Below, in pieces: positions 11,448 to 23,865 of a DNA stretch of 64,000 nucleotides; the first letter of the stretch is position 1, and each line of letters begins with the position of its first letter. The DNA is from Phaeosaccion multiseriatum (lineage: Eukaryota; Protista; Ochrophyta, other classes), in assembly GCA_965112735.1 (NCBI GenBank), contig OZ218960.1:124001-188000 (forward strand), in the 5' to 3' direction. Made by a program: the position numbers and the translations under genes. The notes beneath the pieces are model-generated. The model saw only the letters and a list, made by a program, of their open reading frames with translations, ran no database searches and was not told the origin of the DNA.

Positions 11448-13152
11448 ATGATAGGAGCAGTGCGTTTAACGCATCGAGTGGCCTCAACTGCCGCTCGGCA
11501 TCATCATGAGCAGTCAGCCCTTTGGAGAGCTGCGGGATGCTGCTGCAAGCCGAGCGGGAGCGGCTCTGTTCGTCGAGGCAGCCCTGGCGCTGGTGGTGCG
11601 GCGTCTGGGACAGTGGCCAGAACGTATTATAGTAGCGGCGGTAGCGATAGGGAGCGCCATCGAAACAGCCTGCACGTAAGCAGCCACCATGGAGAGAGAG
11701 GGGGGGGCGGGGCACATCAACAATCTTCTCACTGCTTCGCGACTTGCTCTTCAATCAAGTAGAGCAGCCTTGGCCTTGCTCTGTCGTACCCCTCTCGCGG
11801 CTGCAACACCTTTCGAAAGGCCAGTCTTCGATGTTGCACCCGTGGCGCTCTTCGGTCTCTTCTTGTCTGCTCTGCATCTGACTGGCTTCCTTCCTCCTCC
11901 CCCTTCTTCGTTCCTGCCACTGCTTGTTGCTGCATGTATTACAGCTCGACATGCACGGCACAACCATCCTCACTATCCGTAAGGCAGGGAAAGTGGTCAT
12001 GATAGGAGACGGACAAGTCTCACAGGTGAGCAACACTTCGTTGCTGGTGGCTGATTGCCCTCTCCCCTTTGGTTGGTACTACTTACGGCGCTGTGCAGCC
12101 GGATCGACACCTGGAATGTGCTCATGACGGACACGTTTGGCGCTCCAAGCTGTATTAAACAACACGCACCTGCGCGCACTTTGATTTCCCCTCACGAGCT
12201 CCCCCTTTTTCTTCCTCGTCCTTGGGTCCTCTCCCCAACGATACTTCACTGCCTGTCACAACCCCATGTACACTCCCACGCCTCCCCATCCCAACAGGGC
12301 AACACCATGGTCAAGGGCAACGCTCGTAAGGTGCGCCGACTCTCCGACGGCATCATCGCAGGCTTCGCAGGCTCCACCGCCGACGCCTTCACCTTGCTGG
12401 AGCGGCTCGAACAGAAGCTCGAAGAGAACCCCGGGCAGCTCATGCGGGCATGCGTAGACCTTGCCAAGGCGTGGAGGACCGACAAGTACCTGCGAAGACT
12501 GGAGGCGGTGCTGCTGGTAGCGGATTCCAAGCACACCTTTGAGCTGACGGGCAACGGAGACGTGTTGGAGCCCGTGGATGGGCTCATGGGCATCGGCTCG
12601 GGGGGGGACTTGGCCCTCGGTGAGTAGGTTGGCTCGCCCGGGTGGGGTGACAGAGGTTGGACATGGATGGGCGGACCAGCACTGCCCCCCCTTCCCTTCT
12701 TCGCTCTCAACTCTCCCTCTCCCCCTTCCCCCCTCCCTCTGGCTCGCTACACTCCACCCCCTCCCTTTCTTTTCTCTCATCCCTCTCTGTGCCCGGCTCC
12801 CCTCCCCCCCTCTCCCTCTCCCTCCCCTCCGCCTCCCCCTTGGCTGTTGGCTGCAGCTGCGGCCAGGGCCCTGCACGACGTTGAGTCTCACAGCGCCGAG
12901 GACGTGGCGTGGAAGGCAATGGGCATCGCTGCAGACATGTGTGTCTTCACCAACACAAACTTCGTCATGGAGAGCGTTGACTGCGAGGCAGCAGGCCTCA
13001 GTGATATCGAGGGAGAGGGGGAGGGAGAGGGGGCAGAGGATAAGTTATCTTCCTCGCCGGCGGCTGCGACTGCTACTGAGCCGGAGGAGGGGGAGGGCAA
13101 GGGGGGGGACGGGGACGGGGACGGGGGGGAGGGCTCCAAAGCCGACAAATAG
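11448..13152 (+). CDS. hslV: Mitochondrial ATP-dependent protease subunit HslV (ClpQ), 4 exons
   Basis: Exons 11448-11675 (Arg/Ser-rich presequence), 11945-12025, 12298-12619 and 12857-13152. Mature N-terminus (HG)[14 protein letters not shown]; also [30 protein letters not shown] and AADMCVFTN. Confidence 0.93.
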
Positions 13153-13758
13153 GGACACGCGGACGGACTACATTGGCTGTTGCCAGCGTTTTGTTTGGGT
13201 GTTGTTTGCATGTCGGGGCTCGGCTCAGATGTTTTACTTCCCTTCTGTCGGACATATTGTATAATGTCATAAATGGAGTCCATGTACTTAATGAAAAGAA
13301 GAATTGAGGAGCAAGAACAGGAGCAGAAGCAGAAACAGAAACAGAGCCGAGGAGACTACGCCCTAGTTCCTGGTGAAGAGACCACGCCTGTTCCTGGTGC
13401 GCCTCGCTTCAGGTCCCTCTTTTGCTCACGTAAGGGGCTCGGTGAAGTGGGTGAAGCACACGACACGTCCGCACCCTTGCTGGCGCCCTACCGCCCTTTG
13501 CTCGGCCATGCAGAGCTCAAGAGCTTGCGGGGGGGGGCTGATGTGAGGCCCCATTCAACCGTAGACAGAGGGGAAGATAGACGGACAGACACAGACAGAG
13601 AGGCAGATAGACAGACAGATACACAGATACAATGTAGAGAAGAAAAAAAGGGAGGTAGGTAGACAGATGGACTGGTAGATAGGCAGATAGACATACACAG
13701 ACAGACTGACAGACAGACAGACAGACAGGCAGATACACAGATGAAGAGCAAGTCAAAG

Positions 13759-14621
13759 TCACAGCTCCGTGCTGTATCCAATCGGTAGGCTGCCTGACTC
13801 TGCTGCGGCTGCTACTGCTGCTGCTTGTCCCCCTCCAACTTCCTCCACTTGCGATAGTGCCCCTGGCTGTGGCTCATCTCCGCCTGCCACCCCCTCTTCT
13901 AAGTGGTCATCAATGTCTTCGCCCTCAAGCCCTTCAAAGCCCGCCGACTGCAGCTCCAGTCCTTGCTGCTCCTGTCCTTGCGGATGTTGTTGCCACCTTT
14001 CATCCTCCTCCCCGTCTTGGTTCACAGCAACATAGGCCACCTATGGAGGTGCGTTTGAGGAGGTGGAGGGAGACACGTGGCACCCAAGGAGTCGGACTTG
14101 AGATAAGAAGCTGGCAGATGGAACAGAATTAAATGCTGGCATCTGCTGAGTAGGCGCACGCACGCACGTACACGCACCGGCTTCCGTCCCCGTCCCCGCC
14201 TGCACCGCAGAAAGAGCACCACGATACCCGCCAGGCCCAGTACAACAAATACGGAGATGCCCGCCCCGGCGTACACACCCAAGCGACTCGCACTCAGGCC
14301 GCTGTCCTCCACCCCCGCTGCGTTTCGATCCGGTATGCAGGCACGAGGGCGGGGGTGAGGTGAGAAGAGAGCATAATCGCAGCAAGCAAAAAATCTCGGT
14401 GGTGTACTTTGCGTACCTCCGTCGGCCCCCTGTTTGGGCAGACGCGTCCTGTGCTTCGAGGGCATGTCCTCGGGGAGGGTGTTGTCCTTGAACCCGGGAT
14501 TCACAAACACTTCCGGTAGAGTACTGGTGCTGCTGCTGGTGCTGCTGGTGCTGCTGCTGTTTCTCTCTATTAACGAGCGTTTTCTTGCTCGAAGTCGTCG
14601 GTAGCCGCCAGCAGAATCCAT
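13759..14621 (-). CDS. Small single-pass membrane protein of unknown function (about 3 exons)
   Basis: ATG at 14621 (MDSAGGYRR). TM segment LGVYAGAGISVFVVLGLAGIVVLFL is followed by basic RCRRGRGRK, then an acidic tail with YVAV. GT/AG junctions are plausible. Confidence 0.5.
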
Positions 14622-14811
14622 CCCAAGCCTCCCCTTGAGCAATGAGAGTCCGCTCGCACGGAAGAGAGGGAAGGACAAGAGGAAGAAGGGGAGAGGGAAG
14701 AGGAGAGGGAAGAGGAAAGGAAAGGGGTTCAGGTGGATGCCAATTGTGATCGGACAAAAGACCACCAACTCGCGGAGAACATCGCCTCTCACACGCCGCT
14801 GGATCCTGGCG

Positions 14812-16899
14812 ATGGCACTCGCGAGAGCTTCGTGTAGAGTGGGCAGGGCGCTGTCGGTGTCACCGTGGTGTAGGAGAAGCTCCCTGTCAGCAGCCTCGCT
14901 CCTCCTCACCTCGGCCAGGGGGGCGTATCAAAGCGGGGCGAGAGGGAGAGTGAGATCGAGAGAAGGGAGTACATGTACCTGCAGCAGCAACAGCAGCCGC
15001 AGCACAAGTAGCGGTAGTGTGTGCGATACGCACCACTCCTACGGGCTTGCGAGTCCGCCATGTCTCGGGGCCTCCAGCAGCAGGAGCGGGTGCAGGAGGA
15101 GCTTGGCATCTGTGGCCTCCAAGGGCGTGGACGTCTCAGCCTCCGGTGCGTGCACAGAGCAAACAGTACGAGGGCGTTTTCCCTTCCGCACACAATTGAA
15201 GCGGCAAGACGCGACGAATGGACTGGTCGAAAGAGAGGACACTCACAAACACGAGGGGGGGGTGCAGCTGTATGATACGAAGGCAGAGGGATTGCAAATG
15301 CCATACCAATTCATAGCTATGCGCTTGCGCCACTACTGCAATCGTAACATTAATATTAAAAGGCCCGCCACCGACCCCCCCACCCCCCTCGCAGACAGTG
15401 ACGACCGACCAGCGCTGCCGGCCCTTCAGAACGACCACCCGCTCAACAACGTGCCTGACGCAGTGGCGGCTAAAGTGGGCCGCAACTTGCACCACAAGCC
15501 GTTCCACCCCATCCACACCATCAAAGTGAGGTGCGTGCGCGCCCAAGGGGGTGCTCCTACTGGGCTGGGTGTTTCCCAAGAAGTTTCGGAGGCTCTGGCC
15601 TGTGGTGGTGGCTGATTGACTTCTCTTGTGGCGCACCGCACCCACCCACTCGTATCCTCTTCATGTTCTCCGCCTCCTCTCCTCCTTCTACTGTCTTGTC
15701 CTTCGGTCCCTTCTTTATGACGGACGCACAGGATCGCCGAGTACTTCTCGTCCCGAAGCGAGGGCTCTTACAGCAGCTCAACCCCACTGAGGGGCGGCGA
15801 CGGAGACGGAGGCGGGCCTTCGCCCTCCTTCACTCTGTTCGACGACCTCCCTCCCATCGCACACGTCCACGACAACTTCGACTCGCTGCTCATCCCTGGC
15901 GACCACGTCAGCAGGGGCCCGTCAGAGACGTACTACGTGGATGACCAACACGTGCTGAGGACGCACACCAGTGCCCACCAAACCTCGCTGATGCAACAGG
16001 GCAACCGTGCCTTTCTTCTGTGCGGGGATGTGTATCGAAGGGACACAGTGGACAGCAGCCACTACCCCGTCTTCCATCAGATGGAGGGGGTGCGACTCTT
16101 CGGACCGGGTGACTTCTCCCCAGAGACAGCCGCAGCGACGAGGGAGGAGAGGGTTCAGGCGGTTGAGAAGGACCTGAAGATGGCACTGGAAGGACTGGCA
16201 AGGGACTTGTTCGGGGCAGACACGGAGATGAGATGGATAGACGAGTACTTCCCCTTTACGCACCCCTCGGCCGAGCTGGAGATCAAGTTCCGGGGCGAGT
16301 GGATGGAGGTGCTCGGCTGCGGAGTCATCCACGAGGGAGTCATGCGCAACGCGGGGAGATGTCCCGACACAGAGGTGGGGTGGGCCTTCGGGCTCGGGCT
16401 GGAGAGGCTGGCCATGGTGCTCTTCCAGATCCCGGACATTCGGCTGTTTTGGACGGAGGATGAGCGCTTTCACAAGCAATTTCGGGGCATGGCGGTTGGA
16501 GCGGGAGGAGGAGGGGGAGGAGCGCCCGTCCTTTTCAAAGAGTATTCCAAATACCCTGCGTGCACCAAGGACATCACCTTCTGGCTGGCGGATGAGGAGG
16601 GCAAGTCAACAGAGGCAGAGACAGAGGAAGAGCGCAGTAGTGCTGCTCCTCTTGTCTCCTCCTCCTCCCCCTTCCACGAGAACGACTTCGCAGAACTGGT
16701 GCGGGGCATCGCTGGTGACTTGGTGGAGACCGTGCAGCTGCTGGACGACTTTACTCACCCCAAGACGGGGCGGAGGAGCCACTGCTTCCGCATCGTGTAC
16801 CGAAGCATGGACCGATCTCTCACCAACAGCGAGGTGGACGACATGCAGGAGAGAGTGAGGGAAGGTGTTACAAGGCAGCTGCGTGTGGAGCTGCGGTGA
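14812..16899 (+). CDS. FARS2: Mitochondrial/organellar monomeric phenylalanine--tRNA ligase, 3 exons
   Basis: Presequence MALARASCRVGRALS. Motifs KVGRNLHHKPFHPI, NFDSLLIPGDHVSR, VLRTHTSAHQ, GDVYRRD..DSSHYPVFHQMEG, YFPFTHPSAELEI, GWAFGLGLERLAM, and the C-terminal anticodon domain (YRSMDRSLTNSEV). Exons ~14812-15145, 15395-15530 and 15732-16899. Confidence 0.95.
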
Positions 16900-17531
16900 T
16901 TGAGTGGTACGCGGCAGAAATTTGTGACACCGGTGTGTGGTGACACACACACTTCAATTCAAGTCGCATCGCCGACGACATGAGCTATGACAGACCTCAT
17001 GATGGTCAACAAGCTGTTTTCTTTTTCTTTTCCCCGGCTCTCCTATTGATTCTCTGCCCTCTCCATCTACATCTACAATCGAACGCCCTTGCAGCATCCT
17101 TTGTCGGTTCTTTCGGCCACCTACCGTGTTTGTTGACTTGCTATGTATACGGTGTATACCACACCACGGCTTCTCCTGGAATCCTGGGTGTCCGACCACC
17201 GACAAAACTCGTCCCTCCTACGATACTAAACAGCTAAACAGCTAAACAGCTAAACGACCCCCCTCCCCTTCGGTCCAGAGAGACAAGAGGACGAACACCC
17301 TGCAACTGCAAGGCTCCACCATTCGCAGGTGCCCAGCGTCGCCAGGCATGAGGCAAAATCCATCTCGCACACTCCTGCACTGCTCTTGCGCTACTCCTGT
17401 ATGCGTGCTGCTGGTCTGGTCTGCGCTGCCGTACGTGTCGCCAACCCTTCCTCCCACGCTGGTTGTCCGCGAAGCAGGAGGGACGCCAAGCAAGCTGATC
17501 CTACTCCCCCCGACTGGAGTTTGGATCATCT

Positions 17532-20500
17532 TCAAATGTCATCGTACAAGCCCTCATCTCCACTGCCGAGTTCCTCCTCGTCATCACCGTCGTCCTCGTC
17601 GTCATCCGTCGCCTCCCGCTTCCCCTCCTTCTTTCCCTTCTTCGCCCCCCCTCCCCTCCGGCCGCCCCCGTACACCAGTTTCTTTCCCGTGCCCTCCCCT
17701 TCTCCCTGCTCGTCCCCTCCCTCCTCTTCGTCTGCACCTGTGTCGTCTCCTTCCCCTTCCCCGCCGCCTTCCTCCATCTCTCGCACCGAGAAGAGAGTGC
17801 TGCTCGCAACGCTCAGTCTAGAGTCCTCCTTCCCGACCGTCCCGACCGCCCTTCGCAGAGCCTTGCCCGAGCCCGATCCGCCTGCTGCTAAGCGAGAGCC
17901 AGGCCCACCAGACCCGCCACCGCCGTCGATGGATTCACCATCGTCAGAGCTATCGTAACTCTTCCTCCGCTTGCGCTTGGCCCCCGTGCCGCCCGAGGAC
18001 GAAAGGGGCGACGGTCGTGACCTTCGCTCCTCCTCCTCTTCGTCGCCGCCGCCACCGTCTTCTCCCTCCTCCTCATCGGAAGAGTACGAGTACTCCTTGC
18101 TCTTACTCTTAGTCTTGCTCTTGCTCTTGCTCTTGCTACTGCTACTGCTACTGCTGCTGGTGGTGCCATTTTTGGAAGCTGACTTTCCCCCACCTCCCCG
18201 CTTCCTCGCCCCCTCTTCTGTCGTCTTGGGGGACTTGCTGCCATTGGACGCCGCTCGCTTCCCTGCCTCCCCCCTGCTCTGGGCGGGCGGCGTCCTCATG
18301 GCCCCTCCTTTGGCTCCTTTGGCGGCCCGCACCGGGGGCTGCTGCCCCATCACTTCATCGACAGCTGCCTCGAAGTCCAGTAGGTGCTGCCACGTAGCCG
18401 GTACGACCACGCCCTCTTCATCATCCTCGCCCTCGTCCTCTGTGTCTGTGTCCTCGTCATCGCCGCCGCCTTTCTTCCTCTTCCTGCCCTTCTTTCCCTT
18501 CCTCTTGCCCCCCCTCCTCCCCTTCTTCTTGCCCCCTCCCTTCTGCTGCTGCCTCGCGTTCTCTCTCCGCGCCACCCGGCTGTACAGAGCGTAATTCTCT
18601 GCCGTCTCCCCATCATACCGACTCAGAAACTCCCTCAATTTGGTGGCCACGGGCCTCACCAAATGGGGAGGGCTCTTGTCGAGATAGCACTGCATGCCCT
18701 TAAGAAAGCCGAACTTCTCGGGGTCACCGCTCTGCACAGCGTATCTCACCCCCTCAAGCATGAATCGCATGAAGCTCTGAGCCCTGTCGCTGGTAATGTC
18801 GGAGGCCTGCAGCGTGTCGGAGAGGTCCTCCACCAGCTCCAGCCAACCGCCGATTGCATCCTCTCTGGCAGCTGCAGTTCTCGCGTCCTCCTCGTCGCTG
18901 CCGTCATTGCCGTCGTCATCATCGTCTTCTTCGTCGTACGCCTCCTTGCCCAGCTTTCGCCACGTGACAACAAGCGTCGCCATCTGCACCTCCATAAAGA
19001 CTCTGAAGCTTCCCTCGAGGAGTTTGGAGCTGAAGATGCTCTTGAGCATGCCTGCCATTTGCCATTAAAAGGAGTGAGAGTCGCACATACAGTGGGGACA
19101 GGCCAAGTAAGACACACACACACATACACACACACAGAGAGAGAGAGAGCCCAAGACGGCAGGGCTGCCTCCATCGTACTCGCAAACTCGTGCACACATT
19201 CGACTCTCCCCAAACCCCAATTCATACAAAAAGCCGTCGGGCAGAGCGCGACATACAGTGTATCACCAACGTGTGCACGTTGCGTATGCACCCACCCGCA
19301 GAGGCGGCCTTGCTGCTCAGGCAGTGCGACAAGACCTCCGCCGTCATGTGACGATGCAGCGTGCTCACGTTGCTGATGAGACTCTTCATGAAGGGGCGGA
19401 GGATGTGGCGAGAGCGTGCCTCTTTGGCTAAAAGGGCCTCGTCGCGCTCCTCGTCGTCGTCGCCAGCTGTTGCCGTTGCCGTTTCGTCGCCGTCGGATTC
19501 GTGTCCGTCTTCCTCCAGTGTGAGCAGCTTCTCGTCTGTCGCCACGTGGGTGCACACACACACACATACACACACGCACGCACACACGCACACACACCGC
19601 ACGGAAGGAGAGATCCGCAGGCACCGTGAAGAGAGAGACAGGGTCAGACGTATAGGCTCGGCTCGTGGGTGGGCATCACACAGGGTAAAAAGAGTCTGAT
19701 GGGTCAGCCAAGCAAACCCACAACCACTTAGACAACCACCAAAGGAACAAGACAAGACAAAGCAACGCTACACATCCGCCTCCTCACCTTGCTCCTTGAA
19801 GTACTTCCGCATGATGTTGGCAAGGTCGCCAGAGGGCCTCCACGCCAGCCTGTGCAAGCCCTCAACATCGCCAAGCGCAGGCTTGAAGGTTGCGGCCATC
19901 TCGTGACCGACAGAGAAGCCCCAGCCCCGAGCTTCGTTGACGAGGCTCGCCTCCGCGTCGGTGAGATCCTCTCTGATGATTCCTCCCTCCTCGTCTGCAT
20001 CAATGGAGTCCTGCTCCACTGTCTTGAGGTTCATCCTGAGCATGCACCTGATGGTTTCGCTCAGCTCGTCTCGCACCGTCTCCGCTGCGCTAAGACGCGG
20101 AGAGAGCTCGTCCAGCAGCTTCTCCATCTCCTCTCGCTGCTCCTGCGTTTGCTCGCCGTCACCCACTTCCGTTCGGGCGGCCCCGGCCTCCCTGGCCTTC
20201 TTCTCGTCCTCCTCGTCTCCCTCCTTCTCGATGGCCAGGGTCGCCTTCTCCTCGGCGTTCTCGGCCCTCTTCCTTCGCTGCTCCTCCCCCAAGTCCCGCA
20301 ACGCCACAAAGGGCTCGTACATGAGCCACACGGCCACGAAGAATAGCGAGTAAAGGCCCTCCTCCAGCACCACCTTGGCCCGCTGCATACCGTCCTCTCT
20401 ACCCCTGGTCACATCAGCCGCCGACGCATGGGACCCTCCACTGCGTGCCTCCGCCTCCGCCTCCGCCTCGTCCGCGCCTGCCTTTGCGAGTACGTCGAGG

Positions 20501-23500
20501 TCGGCATAGGCTCGCACGGCCCCTGCCAGGTCCTGACACAAGGCCTCGACATCGACGCTGTCAGTTGGGTCGAGGTGCTGCACGGCATGCCTCATCCTGC
20601 GCAAAGCCAAGCCCAAGGCGTACTGCTCGTCCGGTCCGCCAATGCCAACATCTGCTGCCGTCTGCTCGTTCAGGACGCGGCTGCTGCCGCCGTTGCTGCT
20701 CCTGCTGCTGCCCCTGCTGCTGCTCCTGTTGCTCCCCCTCCTCCGTCTCTTGGTCTTCTTCCCTCCTACGCCCCCGTCCTCGTCCTCAGCCTCCTCGTCC
20801 CCACTCTCCCTGCCCCCTCCCTCAGGCACAACCAAGGAGCACGCCGCCTTCACCTTGTTGGCCACACTGAGCATCACGTCCCCCACCACTCTGTCCACCT
20901 CTTCCTTCCTCCCGTGCCCAGCGCTTGCCAGTGCCTGGAGTCCCACAGCGGCGGCCTCGAGAGTGGGCCCACTGGTTGCTTGACAAAAGACCTCCTTCAC
21001 TCCCTTGAGCAGAAGAGAGAAGCGAGCCTAACGAAGGGAGGGAGGGATGAGAGATTGGGTGCTTTTGTGAGAGGGGCTGCCCGGGAAAGGGAAGAAAGAA
21101 GAGAGATAGGGGAAGGGGCGGAGGAGGGCGGGAGTACATCCAACACAAAGCATGCGTATACTCCACGATGGCGAGACCAAACGGAACATCGAACGGGCAA
21201 CGTTACCTTGTGCTTGGAGTCCGCCGTCCGCTCCGGTACCATGTGCTGCAGAAGACTCAGCAGGAGGGGGAGGCGTTCCTCGTCCGCCGCACTCTGCCGC
21301 AGCAGCTCGGGGACGTGCTCGAGTATACCATCTGTGAGTCGCGCCAGAGACTGCCGAGCCTCTTCGCGGAGCTTCTTGGCGCCCGGAGCGTTGGAGGTGG
21401 ACGCGGCTTCCTTCTCCAGGTGTTTGGCCGTGAGCTGGGCGGGGAAGGAGGGAGATGAGGCAAAGAGAGGGGAGGCGGGGGGGGTGAGGACTCTCGTTCT
21501 CTCCGTTCATCGGTCGGTCGGTCGGTCGGTCGGTCGATCAGTCACGGAAGAGAAGACACATTGTCATGTCAGAAGGGACATTAGTTGTCCTACCACGGAT
21601 GGTAAGAGTTATCGCAGGACGACAAAGAGACACAATACATCTGAGCAAGCCGCCTGTCGATCAGCCCCGGCCTATTGACACCCAACCAACCCAACCTAAC
21701 CCAACCTAACCCAACCTAACCCAACCCAACCCAGCCCGACACCAGCGACCGCCCCACGGACCTTCATGAACTCCACCAGGATCTCCACTTCCATGTTGGA
21801 TACGGCGAGCTCGTGTTCGGAGTCGCGGCAGAGGAGCGTAAAGTACGCCGCCCAGTAGCGCAGCACCGCCCCGTGGGTGCCGTGTCCGCCCCCGACCCCT
21901 CCCTCCTTGAGCGACCACAAGGCCTCTACCAAGCACTCCACGTTGCGCTTGGCCGCTGCCCGGTTGGTCCCCTCCGCTGCTTCCGGGTCGTTCGCGTGCA
22001 CCCCTGCGAGACTGAGCAACTCGTCAACTTGTTGTGAGGCCCAAATCTCGTCCTTCGCCGAGCCGGAGCCAGCACCGCTCGTCGAGCTGGTGCTGTTGGC
22101 CTGTCCTTTGCCTCCCTTCTTCCCCTTGGCTCCCTCCTTGGCTGCCGCTCCTCCCTTGGCCGCTCCTCCCTTCGCCCCCTTCCTCCCCTTGCCTCCTCCT
22201 CCTACTTTGTCTCCTCCGTCCTCGTCCTCGTCCTCATCCTCCTCGCTGAGCCCTCCGCCGTCGCTGTGCTTCTTGTCGAATACCTCGAGCCTGTTGATGT
22301 AGTACGCCAAAGCCTGAGCCCGTGACGCCAGGGGCAAGCTGCCGTCGAAGATGGCGTCCTCCATTGCTGACTCCTGCTCCTCGGTAATGTGCTCTGCATG
22401 CGGCAGGCAGGGAAGGGACGGGAAGGGAAGGGAAGGGAAGAAAGGGAAAATTTTGGATGGAGGGGTATGAAAGGGGTGGGGAAGGGGTAGGGGAGGGATA
22501 TGAGAGGCAGTGGAACATGAGGAAGGGGTAGTCGGTCGCATCAAGACGGGGGTGGGACAGAGATACATTGACAGTATCTTAATCGATCGGGGCATGTACC
22601 TTATGGAACCCTCCTCCAACCCTCCCAATATGCCTTTTGTCTCCCTCGCTCTCTACCTCCTTCCCTCCCTCCTTGCTCGCTCCCTTCTTCCCTCCCTCTT
22701 TGACTAAAGAGCCAAACATCCAACTTACTCACCGGAGGCAGCTCCCACGTCGATTGCCTTCCGCAGACACCTAAACACATCCCCCACCAGCGGGCCGTCC
22801 GCGTCCGTCTTCATCTCCACCAGCCTTGGGCAGTAGGACTCCATGAAGCGGCTCTCGAGCAGGCAGGTCAGCGCCGTGCTGTCGGCAAGAAGGGCGTGCA
22901 CTGCCTTCACCGCCTGCGGGGGATGAGATGGCAGTGGACAGCGAGTGAAGGGGAGGGGGTGGGGCGGAGTGGAGTGGAGTGGAGAGGGGTGGAGGGAAAG
23001 AAATGACCGTGGAGGGGAGTGAAGTCGAGTGGAGTGGAGTGGATTCGAGTGGATTCGAGTATCGCGTGTTTGAACAAAACAGGCGTGCAGCGTACCTCCT
23101 TGCGCACCCCCGCATCCTTGTCGGACAAGGCCCTGCCCATATACCCGGTGTAGCCGCGCTTCACGAACTGGGAGGGCTGTGCGAGCATCCAGCCGCGGAG
23201 TCCGTCGATGGCCTCCGCCCTGATCTCCGGCCGGGAATCTGTGAGTCGGTGCACCAACACGCCGTTCTTGAGGCCCGTCAGCGCCTCGTCCAGCACTGCC
23301 TTGGCCTTCTCGCTCTTGTGGACAGACAGCTCAACCGCCTTGACCTGGAGAACCAACCGGTGCAGTGGGGGTGGGTAGGGGCAGATGGGTGGGTGGGCGG
23401 ATGGGCGGGCGTCCACACAGAGGAGGGTTGAAAGAGTGAGGAGGGCGAGGAACGCGTGACTTCTTTTTGTGCCCCCAAGGCAGGAAAAGATACACGAAGA

Positions 23501-23831
23501 AACAAGGAAAGCGAAAGGAAGGTCCCGAGAGAGAGAGCCTTGAAAGCTAACTTGCCAACCCACATAACTAGCCAAGCCCCATCGTTTTGTCTCTCTACGT
23601 GTGTGTCCGCTTGTCTGTCCACCCTTGGGGCTATGCTCTGATGCTCTGACCTTGTCCAGAGCTCCCCTGTGCTTGGTGCTGGAGAGTTGCCGGCCCTGTT
23701 TGGCTGTGGCTGCCTCCTGCGCTGCCCTCTCCGTGGCCAGAGCAGTGCCGAGCTCGTGGGCTGCCACCGTGGCCATCCACCTGGTGAGCCCGTGCCTGCA
23801 ACAGTTGGTGAGTTGGTGATACGGCAGCAGC

Positions 23832-23865
<34 letters not shown>

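Noticed and set aside
14622-14909. N-terminal extension of the 14022-14909 minus ORF
   Set aside because: Antisense of the PheRS 5' region; the membrane-protein gene more plausibly starts at 14621.
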